Assembly: GCA_010356995.1 (NCBI GenBank)
Contig: ML996693.1
Coordinates: 868,001-932,000 of the forward strand
Direction of reading: 5' to 3'
DNA: 64,000 bases
DNA from: Trichodelitschia bisporula
Taxonomy: Eukaryota
Positions 1-11,985 of this stretch are shown piece by piece (position 1 is the first letter of the stretch; each line of letters begins with the position of its first letter). A program made the position numbers and the translations under genes. Below the pieces are notes generated by a model. It ran no database searches, was not told where the DNA came from, and saw nothing but the letters and a program-made list of their open reading frames with translations.

Positions 1-189
1 GAGAATGAGGAGGTTGTGTGGCGGGGACTGGTGTGCTTGGGTGGGTTGGTGGAGGTCGGTGGGAAGAAGGCGAAGGAGGCGCTGAAGAGGGAGGATGCGG
101 AGGGGGTGGTGGGGAATCTGATTGAGAGGAGGGGGTTGAGGAGCGAGGTTAAGAGTCTGGCGGTGCAATTGTGGAAGGAAAAGCTTTGA
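1..189 (+). CDS. 3' end of a gene, probably UCS-domain myosin chaperone (Cro1/She4/UNC-45-like); partial
   Basis: Frame 1 open from window edge: ENEEVVWRGLVCLGGLVEVGGKKAKEALKREDAEGVVGNLIERRGLRSEVKSLAVQLWKEKL*, resembling the RGxVC...helical C-terminus of fungal UCS proteins; only 62 codons visible. Confidence 0.5.
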   Translation, partial: ENEEVVWRGLVCLGGLVEVGGKKAKEALKREDAEGVVGNLIERRGLRSEVKSLAVQLWKEKL

Positions 190-390
190 GCAGAGATTGT
201 TACATCGGGGGGGAAACAGATGCATTCTGGTAGGGTTTATGGAGTCAATGTATCGACTGTGATGCTCGCTTGTTTTGCGATTTGGTTGACGTCGACCTGG
301 GTGAGACACGATGTTTCGTCGGCCAATGGTGTCATCAGTCATGCAAGACACTACTTTTGCCCCAACCTCACATAGCCTGAACAACAGCAT

Positions 391-1031
391 TCACTTATGC
401 TTCAACTTCCTAACCGCAACGGGCTGCCAATCTTTGATGGGCCTACTCGTCTCAACAACCCACAGTTCGCCACCAGGCCACCCTTTCAGTTCCGGGGAAC
501 CTTCACGGAGGCCAAAGAATTCCGAAACACAATCCTCCAGAAGCCCCCTAAACATCGCATTGAGCTCCTTGTCCGAACTGTCCGGTCAGCATTCACCCTG
601 CCGTAGGCACCAAACTGAACTCACTACAGCAAACTAACATGCGGATCCCACTCCACAGCGGTCACATCGACCCCCTCACCACACGCCTCGCGCAGACGCT
701 CGAGCTCTACGCGTTTGACCCGGACGAAGAACCGCTTTGTGAACTCGGACCCGAAGCCTATGGAGGCGAAGTGGACTTCTGGAGCGGGTGGGAGATTGAG
801 AGCGTCAAGCCAGGACTGCGGAGAAGAGGACAGGTCTGGACTGTGGAAGGTGGACGCCGTTAGGCCGGTTATGAGCGTGATGTGTGGCTCGAAGACGAGA
901 GGGGGCGAGGCGCAGAGCGGGGAAAAACTATTCGGGATGGTTTCCTTGATGAGTTGAGAGAGGATCATGTTGCTGTGTGATCCTGGGGGTGGGACCAGCC
1001 AGAGGGAGAAGCGGGGGGTGGAGGGCGACAT
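391..1031 (-). CDS. CPD1: 2',3'-cyclic nucleotide phosphodiesterase (2H phosphoesterase, Cpd1-like), 2 exons
   Basis: N-terminal SLWLVPP, two Hx(T/S) motifs (FEPHITL, WDPHVSLLY); GTGAGT intron after VSLL with GCTGAC..CAG acceptor restores YSDKEL...GGELWVVETSRPIKDW...*; an in-frame upstream ATG exists at 1154. Confidence 0.85.
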
Positions 1032-2270
1032 CGTGGGGTTGGGGGACTTGAGATCGTGCTGTGAAGTTTGATGTTGTGCGGTAAGGCTGTCCTGTTCGGA
1101 TGGCGATTCTGCCTTGGCCATACTGTACTCTGACGACCAGTTTTTGAGATCCATAATTTCAATTCAATTCAAAGTCCGGTCTAGGTCCAAACAGTTCGTG
1201 CTGACTTGCCAGTGTCTTCTTCTGATATAGTTAGCACACAGGCGGAGGGTGACTGGCTGGGAGAGATACAGGAGCCATGATGGCGGGGTTGCAATGGAGG
1301 TCAGTTTCTTCTTAGGGACACGTGAAAAAGTCGTGGCCCTGGCCCACATTCATTCGGCTACGTGGAAGGAGAGTAATTTGAGCAGAACCAAGCGTGAGAA
1401 ATGGTTATTTGACTCAATCCTAGTAGATGGCAAGCTGTACTCGATGTAGGAGGGACATCGACGAAATAAGAGCTTGGTGTCGTTGATCACACTGCTTGCA
1501 GTGAGGTACGCAAAGGCCTGGGGGCATATCACGACTTCTTTTGCACTTTGCCCCCACGGGCTGGTAACCGGGGAGCCGGTTCGCTAGCCGCGGACCGGGT
1601 GGCGACTGGTGTTCTTAGATCCTTGTGGCGCATTCAGCCTGCCCAAGAACATAGACGAAGGCGTTGTGGATTCTGCGCTCAAGGGGCAGGGCGTCCTTTG
1701 GCACTTGGCTACCCGTAGTTGGGCTTCAGTTTGGTTCAAAAGGCTGAGGAAAGGAGGCCGGCCGGCGGCTCAAGACGGCATGGCTGGTAGTGTGCGAAGC
1801 GGCAGTGCAGACGCTTCTGGCGAAGATCACAAGGCTGGGTGAAGTATGTTGAAGCAGGGGAAGGCGCGGGGATGTGGGTTGCTCCTACCTCCGGCACCCG
1901 GTATCATCGGCACCCTACCCCTGACTCGGCAAGCCGGCGACAATGGCGGCACTCATGAATGCGAGATGGGGTCCTCCATTCATCCACAACGGGCCGGTTC
2001 TGCCAAGCATGCCTCACCAAATTCACCACGCAAATCAAGGCCATGGCAGATATTGTACAATTGCAAGCTATGACCCATTGACAAAGGTCCCCCCCACAGC
2101 GCCCGAACATGCACCCTTACAGAACCCCACAAAATCCTCCCCTTAACACCGTTCCTCAACTCCATATGCTCTTTCATGCAACGCCCCAGACAAAGCGTCA
2201 CATCCATTCAGGTATGTCCATGCGCACTCTTCAAACAAACTGACAGGTAGTAGGGCGTCCCACTTCATGT

Positions 2271-4013
2271 CTACAACCGAACCTTCAAACGACTCTCGAT
2301 GACATCCCTCAAAACCATGACCCCGTCAGCCGCAGTGTTCTTGGGGACTGAGTTCGGAAAGTCCACCACTGCCCTGCGAAGTGCTATCAGGGCAAAATCC
2401 TGATACATGGTGTGGAACATTTCGAAGTTCCTCTCCAGCAAACCCCGGAGAACAACGAAGTGAGTCTGCGTAACTTGGTGTTTCGGCGTATTGACAATCC
2501 GGGCAAGAGTTTGCCAAAATACCCACGGCGGCAGACAGTTGACATGCTTCGTCTTCAGGTAGTTCCGGAGTGTTATCGCTGACCAACCGGCAGCAAGACC
2601 GGCCATACGCTCATTGTGTTCCTGGCGTCCGATAAACTCGCCTTCGGATTCGTACCATCCTAACCGACGCATCCCGGTCGGCGTCCTCTCAGGTCCGTAG
2701 ATGCCGAAGAGGACTGGACAAGCAAAGTGGTATTTTGCCAGGAAGATGTCCATTAAAGAGTAACCATGGAAGCGAAACCCCGCGCGCGAGAAGATCATGC
2801 TGACAGTGATACCGATAGGCTCGATGGGATCGAATGTTGTCACGGCCCCCGAATTGATGAACTGCCTAATGGCCGTTTTCGACAGCATATTAAGCAGGAA
2901 GACTAAAGACGCCGACACCTGCGCATTTTCATTCGACAACTGAGCGATCTCGGGTGGCGGGTTGGCGCACACAAGACGGACGTCGATCATGGCCGATTTG
3001 AGATCGCGCGCAAGGCCCAAGGCATCATAGACCTTATTCCGTTTGTCGGTGTTAGATCGCCTCATCTCATTGCGCTCCTTTTCGGTCTTGACGCTGGGAT
3101 CGCGCTCATTAGTGAGCTGGCCGAGAAGCTTGGTTATGTCGCGGCGCCAATCGCTGACGACCGACAAGCTGGGATCGCTCTTGATGGCGCGTGCCATCTT
3201 ACGCCGGTGCTCCTTCAGGTATTGGTGGATCTCAAGGTATCGCTTATGGAGTCTCTCAAGTTCTTCCACGGGTGTGTCAAGCTGCGGTGGCGGAACGGAC
3301 GTCGATCCGGCGGTGGGTGCTGGGGTTGTCGTTGCCGTTGCCGTCGACGCGCCGTTCGCTGAAGGAGCCATGTTCGTTGCAGGAGCCGTCGTGGCTTGTT
3401 GCGCTGGCAAAGCAACAGCCGGTGCGGAAGAGACCGCTGGTTGTCGTGGGGTTACCGCGTGCTTCAGAGCCGCTGCTTGTTGAGCCTGCCTCTCCGCATC
3501 TGCCCGCCTCTCCGCATCTGCCTTCAGCTCCGCCTCACGAGCAGCGTGCGCCTCTTGCTCCAGACGTATGCTACGTTTGAGCTGTTCGGCCTCCCGCTCT
3601 GCCTGCTCGGCCTTTTTCTTGACGTCATTCAGCAAGTTTTGATGATGTCTAGCCTCCTCCTCCGCGTTTTTCCGTCTCAGTAGCGTGAGCTCCAGCGCCT
3701 CGCGCTCTTGCTCCTGCTGCCGCTTGCGCTCACGTTCGCGGAGACACTCTGCGTGGAAGAGTTCGGCGTGAATCCGCACGCGCTCATGTTCCTCGTGCGC
3801 AGCTTTCAGCGCTGCAGCGTGGTTCTCAGACTGCATTTGTTCCGAGCGATCCCATTGTTTATTGAAGACCGTCTGGGAGCGAGCACGATTTGATATTTCT
3901 TGGAAGAGCTGCGCAGAGGGACTATCTATGGGGGAGGAGGATGTGAAGGAAGAGGGTGTTGGAAGTGTTTGTGGGTGGAGGTTCTCGTCGCGGTTTGGCG
4001 TAGTAAAGCGCAT
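2271..4013 (-). CDS. GLE1: mRNA export factor Gle1
   Basis: Coiled-coil N half, then Gle1 domain motifs (LAKYHFACPVLFG, LGW, RMAGLAAGWSAITLRNY, FWQTLARIVN); start taken at MRFTTP. Confidence 0.85.
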   Translation of the reverse strand: MRFTTPNRDENLHPQTLPTPSSFTSSSPIDSPSAQLFQEISNRARSQTVFNKQWDRSEQMQSENHAAALKAAHEEHERVRIHAELFHAECLRERERKRQQEQEREALELTLLRRKNAEEEARHHQNLLNDVKKKAEQAEREAEQLKRSIRLEQEAHAAREAELKADAERRADAERQAQQAAALKHAVTPRQPAVSSAPAVALPAQQATTAPATNMAPSANGASTATATTTPAPTAGSTSVPPPQLDTPVEELERLHKRYLEIHQYLKEHRRKMARAIKSDPSLSVVSDWRRDITKLLGQLTNERDPSVKTEKERNEMRRSNTDKRNKVYDALGLARDLKSAMIDVRLVCANPPPEIAQLSNENAQVSASLVFLLNMLSKTAIRQFINSGAVTTFDPIEPIGITVSMIFSRAGFRFHGYSLMDIFLAKYHFACPVLFGIYGPERTPTGMRRLGWYESEGEFIGRQEHNERMAGLAAGWSAITLRNYLKTKHVNCLPPWVFWQTLARIVNTPKHQVTQTHFVVLRGLLERNFEMFHTMYQDFALIALRRAVVDFPNSVPKNTAADGVMVLRDVIESRLKVRL

Positions 4014-7000
4014 GGCCGAAATTCCGCGCCGAGATTCGGCGGGCAAGTGAGTGTGTTCAGGAGTGACTGGAAACCTTAGCGTGGGTGGGTACGAAAGCCA
4101 ACAGCGTTCAAAAGTGTGAGCGAGCGAGCACCATAGGGTTGTTTGAAGGAGAGGAAGAATAAGGGATGGTGAATAGAAGCATATGCAGTTACAAGCCAAG
4201 CAGCAGCGATGAAGCTCATCGAGGACGAACAAAGGTGTCGGAAAATAGTTTTCCCGGACCGAGACTAGAGCCAATCAGAATGCATTTGATCCGCCCACAC
4301 CTCGAGATAATCCGGATCGGGACTAGCGCTACAATCCATTTGTGTGATCCTTGCAAGCTGCAGTTCAGGGTCCAGCTGTCTTGTCTCTCCAAGCCATCGG
4401 AAACGGATGTACAAGGTCATCACGACTGTGCAAGGCAACGTCAAACAATCCGCCCAAGCATGGGCTTGAACCTTAGGTCTCGCCGACTCATAACAGAAAG
4501 ACACCGTCTAGCTCCTCGTTTGCGGGCAAGCATCTACACTTAGCCAGTAACAAATGGCTGGAATTACAATTGGACTGCAGCAAACAATGGAAGCACCGCG
4601 CACGACATCCCCATGGAAGTGTCTGGTTCCGGGTATGGATGCAGATTTCGGCATCCGCGATTCAAGTACCGGGGCGCTCCATACCTCTGTAGAATGGTTC
4701 GCTATCGCGACGCAAACCAGCCGGTGTCCATAACTCCGCGTCTTTTGTCCAAAACTGAAATGCTGCAGTCTGTAGTTCTAGACGGTAGACTACCAGCGTC
4801 AATCTCGGATAGACTAATTGGCACGGTAAGGTTGCGAACTTAGGGGAGGATGCAGTCAGGGAATTTAATCATGGACGACGTCTTGACTTACTACAGTAGT
4901 AGCTCGATGGCCTCTCGTTCGAGGCAAAGCTGTTATCGGGCGACAGCAGTCCAAGTGAGCTGGTCTGGAGCAGATAATGAGTAGAGGTCATATACCGTAG
5001 TGTAGACTCCGTATGTACGGATGTAGGGTCTCGACACTGCATTGTATGATTTCCTTTGTCAATTCGGCCTGGCCAAGGCGGTGCCCCATTGGGCAAAAGA
5101 TAGTACGATTCTTCACACTCGCATATTCGGTTGAGCCAGAGGCAGGTTTAGCTGCAAGCAGGCGAGGAAAGACAATGTTTGCAGAAAGTTGCATGCAACG
5201 TGGCATCAACCGCTGATTGCAGTGTTCCAGACGTACTGTCGTACGTACGATTGAGGTACTTTCAAAGGGCGCGCAATACCTCCGTATGAAGTTTCAACTC
5301 AGCTAGACACGTTCCTTGTCCAGCTTGTGACTCTTCACTGTCTTTCTCTAGGGAACTATGGCAACCAAAAAGCTTTGACCAGGCTTCCCTAGGGTTGGTC
5401 GGGTAGCTAAAGCTGCGGGTGCTGGGGTTCAATTGCGGGGAATTGATGACCGGCGGAGCCCATCAGGTTTGAAGAAAAGGGGGGACCCGCATACGTAAGT
5501 CGTCCATCAGCTTCAGCCTCGATGGCCTTCACAGTCACGCCGACCGTACATACGTAGTAAAACACGTGCTGCTTTGTATCAGGGCATCCGACTTAGTGGA
5601 GCAGACTGCGTCCCTGACAACAAGCTCATCCAGTCGAGAGACAGTGCCGTGAGTGCGTATACCAATGCCAATCTCTGGCGCAAGAGTTTCGCTATGTGTG
5701 GGCAATTGGCATCTCAGCACTCGGGTGGCGCAGCGAATGGATCTACGCATCCCATACCGTACTTTTCCACAACCAGGAATCAAGACCGACTATTTGACTC
5801 TGGTCCCTTCTCCCGCTCAAAGTCCGTACGGTAGTCTACCACAATATGATGGAGTACCACACAAAGAAAGAGTACCGTACGAGTTTTCTCGTCATCTGGC
5901 GAGGGACATTTGGCCGCATGCGTCGTGCTGACTGTCCGATCAACCAAACCATGGGTCGCTTCGTTTCCTCATGTAGCATGCACACTCACTCCATCTCTTG
6001 AACCAAAAAAAATTAGCTCTTCCCATGGGCGAGGCTGTAGGAGGAAGAACTCTCCTATTGAGCAACACAATCACAAGGCCGTGCTTCTACATGCCTCCTT
6101 GCTGTCCACGTATTCTCTAGAACTAGAACTACTGTAGTCCTGTCATCACCTATTATTCCAAGCTGCCTACGATTTGGCGAGTGGTGACCAAGTTCTCACC
6201 CCCCCCCCTGGCCAGCTTCCAGTTTAGCAGGATAGGGAACCGCGACGCCCTCCCCCCCCCTCCTCTTTTCTTGCTCTCGGCCCCCCCACACACATGCCTG
6301 TTTCTTAATCAGCCATCACACCCAACACATCGCCTCCCCCAAAAGCAGCTCCGCACCTCCTTCTCTCTTACAATAACCCATCCATCGCTCTCTCTCTCTT
6401 CAAACCATTCCCCCTCCACTCCAAACATCCCCACCACCTAACCTCCTCTATCCACCTTCCTTTACCTTGTGCTCCTTTGCAGAGCCTTCTTGCCTGCATC
6501 ACTCAACCTCTGAACCTCTACTTCCTACCCCTCCTTCAGCCAAATCTCTCTTCCTCGTTGCTCCCCAGTCTGCCTCCCCGGCATCGTCCGCAGCAGCCTC
6601 TGCCTTTGCAACTCCGAGGGTTGCAACGTCACCCGCTCCTTCTCCAATACGCCGGCTAGCACCATCCACAGCTTCCAGCTACAGCATCCTTAACCCGCGG
6701 TCGGCCCCTTCACTCTCTGAAGGTCAATCACTTGTCAAATTGCGTGGTGTGCTTGGCTCGTTCATCATCACCCGCTCTGCTGCTTTGGTTGCGGACCTTT
6801 CCTCGTACTCACAATCCAACCTTTCGATAACATCCACACTCTCCATCAGCTCCTACAACACCCAGCTTGCCGAGTTTGCATTCTCCAACAGAATACACCT
6901 CAACTTCACCTCTCCTGTGAGTTTTGCTCTTTGTTTACCTCCCATAACTCTCTCCGGACCTCTAAACTGACCATGAGCGTCAGATTCCGATTTTCATAGC

Positions 7001-7087
7001 GTTCGCCCCCGCCAACCAGTCTAGCCTCCCCTTCTGTCATCCGTCAGCTCTCAAATCCACGAAGTTTATCGAGTCATCGACAGGATC

Positions 7088-10000
7088 ATGGATAGACAAG
7101 GACAAGCAGGCCAAAATGGCCAAGCTGGACCCCCGTTGGGACAGGGTGGTCGGCGCCAGTTGCATATCGCCCACCGGCGGTCTCCCTCTGAATTGACGCC
7201 TCTCATGGGTAAGGACGGCGGTCTTTAACTGTTCTGCACCGAACGAGCTAACAATCATTGCAGCTGAGCAACTTCAGCTTGCTCAACAGTACGATTATCT
7301 CCAACAACAGCACCAGCAGCTTGCCAGCGCTCAACAGTTCATGAACATGGGTCTCCTGCACCCACAGATGCAGGGGAACTTTGCGGTTCCTGGTCAGCCG
7401 GGCAATGCTTCTCCGCACGGCGGCCAGTTCGGATTCATGCCGCAGGTTCAACAGCCGCATATCCAGGTTCCGCATATGGGCGCTCCGACGCAGCCGTCTG
7501 CTCATCGTCGGAACCAGTCGGCTTTGCCTGGATTGTCTTCGATGGGCCCGCCCCCGGCACCATCTGCAGGTGTGTATGGTCAATCTAACACATATGGACT
7601 AAATTCTCAGCATCTTCAAGGTCGTGAGAATGTGCATCCTCGCGGTCGCGGCGGTGGTTCACAGGGGAGTGGTCACACTCGTCGCCATTCTCTTGTCGTC
7701 ACGGAAGCTAAAAAGGCAGCCGAGGCAGCCGAGCAAAAGCGTAAGACTTCTACTTTCCAATTTCCCGCAGGTTCGAGCGAGAGCACGGCCAACGCGTCGG
7801 CTTCTCCTACGACTGCACCCGCTCAGCCAACTGGGCCTTCTCTTGGTTCTTCGCGGGGCCGTGGATCAGCCCACGGTCGTAGCCAGAGCATGGCCATTGG
7901 TAGCGGCCGCGGTGGCCGTGGTGGCAGTTCTTTCCAGTTCCCCGGCCCGCAGAACGACTCTGGCAACAACCAAGGCCAGTCCGATTTCTCGCGTCGCGGC
8001 AGCCATGGGCATGGCCGGACCGGGTCGCGGAACTTTGATAGCAACTGGCGTCAGCCGCAAAACAACGGCAACAACCAGCAACAGGCGGCTCAAGACCAGC
8101 AGAGCCAGACCATGGGTAACTTCTCCCAGAATGCAGCAGCCCCTCCCTTCCAGCCCGGTCACCGCGCCCGCGGCTCTGTGAACCAGTCCATCGGATCGAT
8201 TGGAAACTTTCAATACCCTCCCGGACAGCCATCACTGCTTAACGTCGGACCTCAGGGACAGGTCCTCCTCCCGCCGCAGTTGTTCAATGCGCAGGGCATG
8301 AACCCCCTTCAGTTCGCCCAGCAACTGCAGGCCCTCCAGATGGGCGTCAACGGGCAGGGAATGCCTGGGCTACAGGGTAGCCAGCATGCTATGCCGCAGA
8401 TGTCGATGCAGCAGCAGCAGCAACAACAGCGCAAAACCCTATTCACTCCTTACCTCCCGCAAGTCAACCTGCCCGCTTTGCTTGAACAAGGCCAACTTGT
8501 CGCCGGTATTCTCCGCGTAAACAAGAAGAACCGGAGCGACGCTTATGTCACGACTACCGACCTGGACGCTGATATTTTCATTTGCGGCAGTAAGGACCGT
8601 AACCGTGCTCTCGAGGGTGATCTCGTGGCTATTGAGCTGCTTGATGTGGATGAAGTCTGGGGCCAGAAACGTGAGAAGGAGGAGAAGAAAAAGCGCAAGG
8701 ACAATACCGAAAACCGCGGTAACAGCATCAACGACGCCACAACGCAGCCTGAGAACTCTGCCGATGGCAGCATCCGGCGCCGCGGCAGCCTGCGTCAGCG
8801 TCCCACCCAGAAGAAGAACGATGATGTCGAGGTTGAAGGCCAGAGCCTCCTGCTTATGGAGGAGGAAGAAATCAACGACGAACAGAAACCGCTGTACGCA
8901 GGTCATGTTGTCGCCGTTATCGAGCGTATCGCCGGCCAGATGTTCTCTGGTACCCTTGGGCTTTTGCGCCCAAGCAGCCAGGCTACGAAGGAGAAGCAAG
9001 AAGCTGAGCGTGCCGCTCGTGAGGGTGGTGCTCCTCGCCACCAGCCTGAGCGCCAGCAAGATAAGCCGAAGATTGTGTGGTTCAAGCCTACAGATAAGCG
9101 TGTCCCGCTTATCGCCATTCCGACGGAGCAGGCGCCACGCGATTTTGTCGAAAACCACCAGAACTACGCCAACAAGATCTTCGTTGCTGCGATCAAGCGC
9201 TGGCCCATCACCTCGCTCCATCCTTTTGGTATGCTTGTCGAGGAGCTTGGCGAGATGGGCGATCCGCGTGTAGAGACCGATGCACTGCTCCGCGACAACA
9301 ACTTTGGCCCTGATGACTTTTCGGATGCCGTGCTGCGGTCCGTTGGCCATGAGGACTGGGCTGCTGTCAAGGAGGGTGAAGACTCCCTCAAGGATCGTCG
9401 CGACTTCCGCGAGGAGCGTACTTTCACCATTGATCCCAATGGTACCAAGGAGCTGGATGACGCCGTCCACTTCAAGCGCCTTGAGGACGGTAACGTTGAG
9501 GTCGGTATCCACGTCGCTGACGTTGCGCACTTTGTCAAGGGGGGCACGCTCGTTGATCGTGAGGCTAAGAAGCGAGGCACTGCCGTCTACCTCATGGATC
9601 GTACCGTCAACATGCTCCCTCCGCGTCTGTCAACCGACTTGCTGTGCCTGAGCCCCGGCCAGGAGCGTTACACTGTCAGCCTTGTCTTTAAGATCGATCC
9701 CGCGTCTGGTCACATCTTTGAAGAGGATACCTGGGTCGGTAAGGGCGTGATCAAGAGCATTGGCAAGCTCTCTTACGAAGATGTGGACACTGTCATCTCA
9801 GGCCAGGGCTCGACGGAGCTTGATGCCGAACAGATTGATGCCATTAAGACCCTCGACCACATTACCAAGCGTTTCCGCCAGAAGCGCTATGGCGACCGTG
9901 TCGATGATTCACCATCGCTTCGCCTCATCTACCAGCTCGACGACGAGAATGTTCCCGTTGAGGGCAACATCTTCGACTCGACTCCTGCCCATGAGCTGAT

Positions 10001-11330
10001 CGAGGAGCTGAGCCACAAGGCCAACGAGGTTGTCGCTCGCAAGATCCAAACTGGCCTTCCCGAAAAAGCCCTTCTCCGTCGTCAGGCCCCGCCCAACATG
10101 CGTCGTCTTCAGACCTTCACCAACCGCATGAAGCATCTCGGCTTTGACATTGACACGAGCAGCAGCGGTAGCTTGCAGAACAGCCTCTTCGACGTCGTCG
10201 ACGACGATGTGCGCAAGGGCATGGAGACGCTTCTTGTCAAGACCATGGGGCGTGCCAAGTACTTCGTTGCCGGCCGCAGTCCCGAGGATCAGTTCTCGCA
10301 CTATGCCCTGAACCTTCCTATGTACACGCATTTCACGAACCCGTCCCGCCGCTATGCCGACATCGTCGTGCATCGCCAGCTCGAGACCGTTTTGTCTGAT
10401 GGGTCCGTTGAATTTAATGAGGACATCGACTCGCTGGCCAAGACCGCCGAGATGTGCAACACGAAGAAGGATTCGGCTCACAACGCGCAAGAGCAGAGCG
10501 TCCACATTGAGGCTTGCCGCAAGATGGACAGGCGTGCCAAGGAGATCGGTGGTGACCTCATCAGCGAAGGAATCGTGCTCTGCGTCTACGAGTCGGCGTT
10601 TGATGTCCTGATTCCGGAGTGGGGCTTCGAGAAGCGTGTGCACTGCGACCAGCTTCCGCTCAAAAAAGCCGAATTTGACAAGAATAAGCGCCTACTTGAG
10701 CTTTTCTGGGAGAAGGGCGTGCCCTCGTCTAACTACATCCCTGAGGATGAACGCCCCAAGCCCGGCTCTGCTCGTAGTCGCGAGCTAGCTGCTGCGCAGG
10801 CGGCTGATCTTGCCCGCCAGCGCGAAAAGGAGGCGGAGGAGGCTCGTCGTCGGCAGATTGACACTGGTTCCATGAACCCGGATGACCAGGCTGCTCTCTA
10901 CGAAACCTCCGACGACGACGAGTCGGTTGCTGAACTGAGCGAGATGACTTCTGGCGTGTCTCTCAACCCCCAGGTGTCTGCCGAGCGCCCGACTCAGAGC
11001 ATGCCGCCTTCGCCTACGCACAACGGACGCGTCCCCGGCCAAGCGCCCCACCGCACCAAGTCGGACTCGCGTCTGGCGCAGAGCGCGAGCGACGTTCCTG
11101 AGGCGAAGCTCACGAACAAGGAGCGGTATCTCAGTTACTTCACTCTTCGTGAGGAGAACGGAGATTACATCCAGGAGGTGCGCGAGATGACTCGTGTTCC
11201 CATAATTCTCAAGACGGACCTGTCTAAGAGCCCTCCGTAAGTCTCGGTTGCTTGTTTGTTTCGTAGCTTCACACACTAATCGTGGACTAGATGCCTTACA
11301 ATCCGTTCGGTCAACCCCTTTGCCCTCTAA
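7088..11330 (+). CDS. SSD1: RNA-binding protein Ssd1/Gul-1 (RNase II/RNB family), 3 coding exons
   Basis: LHIAHRRSPSELTPLM exon 1; RKTLFTPYLPQ, LRVNKKNRSDAY, DRNRALEGD, YTHFTNPSRRYADI; terminal exon CLTIRSVNPFAL*; introns ~7209-7263 and ~11237-11290. Confidence 0.97.
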
Positions 11331-11964
11331 TCGGCGTCTCCCGGGGACCAACCTTTCCAGTTTGTCGACACCTCTTACCCCAATGTCCCCTGCACCCCGC
11401 TCCCCCCGTTTGGTTCATTTTTGCGACGAAGGCCCAAGAATGATTGATTGCTTCTTTGGTAACCATACCCGAGACGCCGTAATCACGCCCACACCCTCCA
11501 CACGAGTTCAACCCGTCTTTACTGTATGCATTTGATTTTGCGAGGGCAGGATAGGAGAGCAGGAATTGTGCCTAAACCACTTATATATAATTTGCGCATG
11601 AGTTAACGTCGGCATGGGGAATGGTGATGGAATACGGAAGGCTGCTGTGGAAGGACGACCTGCTCATGGAAACGGGACGACTTGGGCAGAGATGCCATGA
11701 CAGGATGTTCTTTGGGGACTTGGGGCGTCGTCCTTTTGCGTGGGCTTTCCTTTTTGTCATCAACCGATGTTTGCGGTAGCAGAGTTGGCAAGCGGATCGC
11801 GGAATGCTGGTGCGTGCGAGCTCTTGCGGCAAATGTCGTTATCTTTTCATCTTCTTCCTTATCTCTTTGGTACATGGTTTTCGGGTCAGTCGTTCACCGT
11901 GCCATTTTAAAGTGTTGAGCAGGTAGTTATGTTGGCATTGAGAACGAGGCTTTGACATGAGATT

Positions 11965-11985
11965 TGTGTGTGTGTGTGTGTGTGT
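11965..11985. repeat. (TG)n microsatellite
   Basis: About 10 TG units downstream of SSD1. Confidence 0.9.

Noticed and set aside
4014..4274. N-terminal extension of the GLE1 ORF
   Set aside because: Begins at a non-ATG codon and has UTR-like composition
4300..6250. Short ORFs, small hairpins and scattered TAGGG motifs between GLE1 and SSD1
   Set aside because: No coherent gene, RNA fold, transposon ends or telomeric array could be supported
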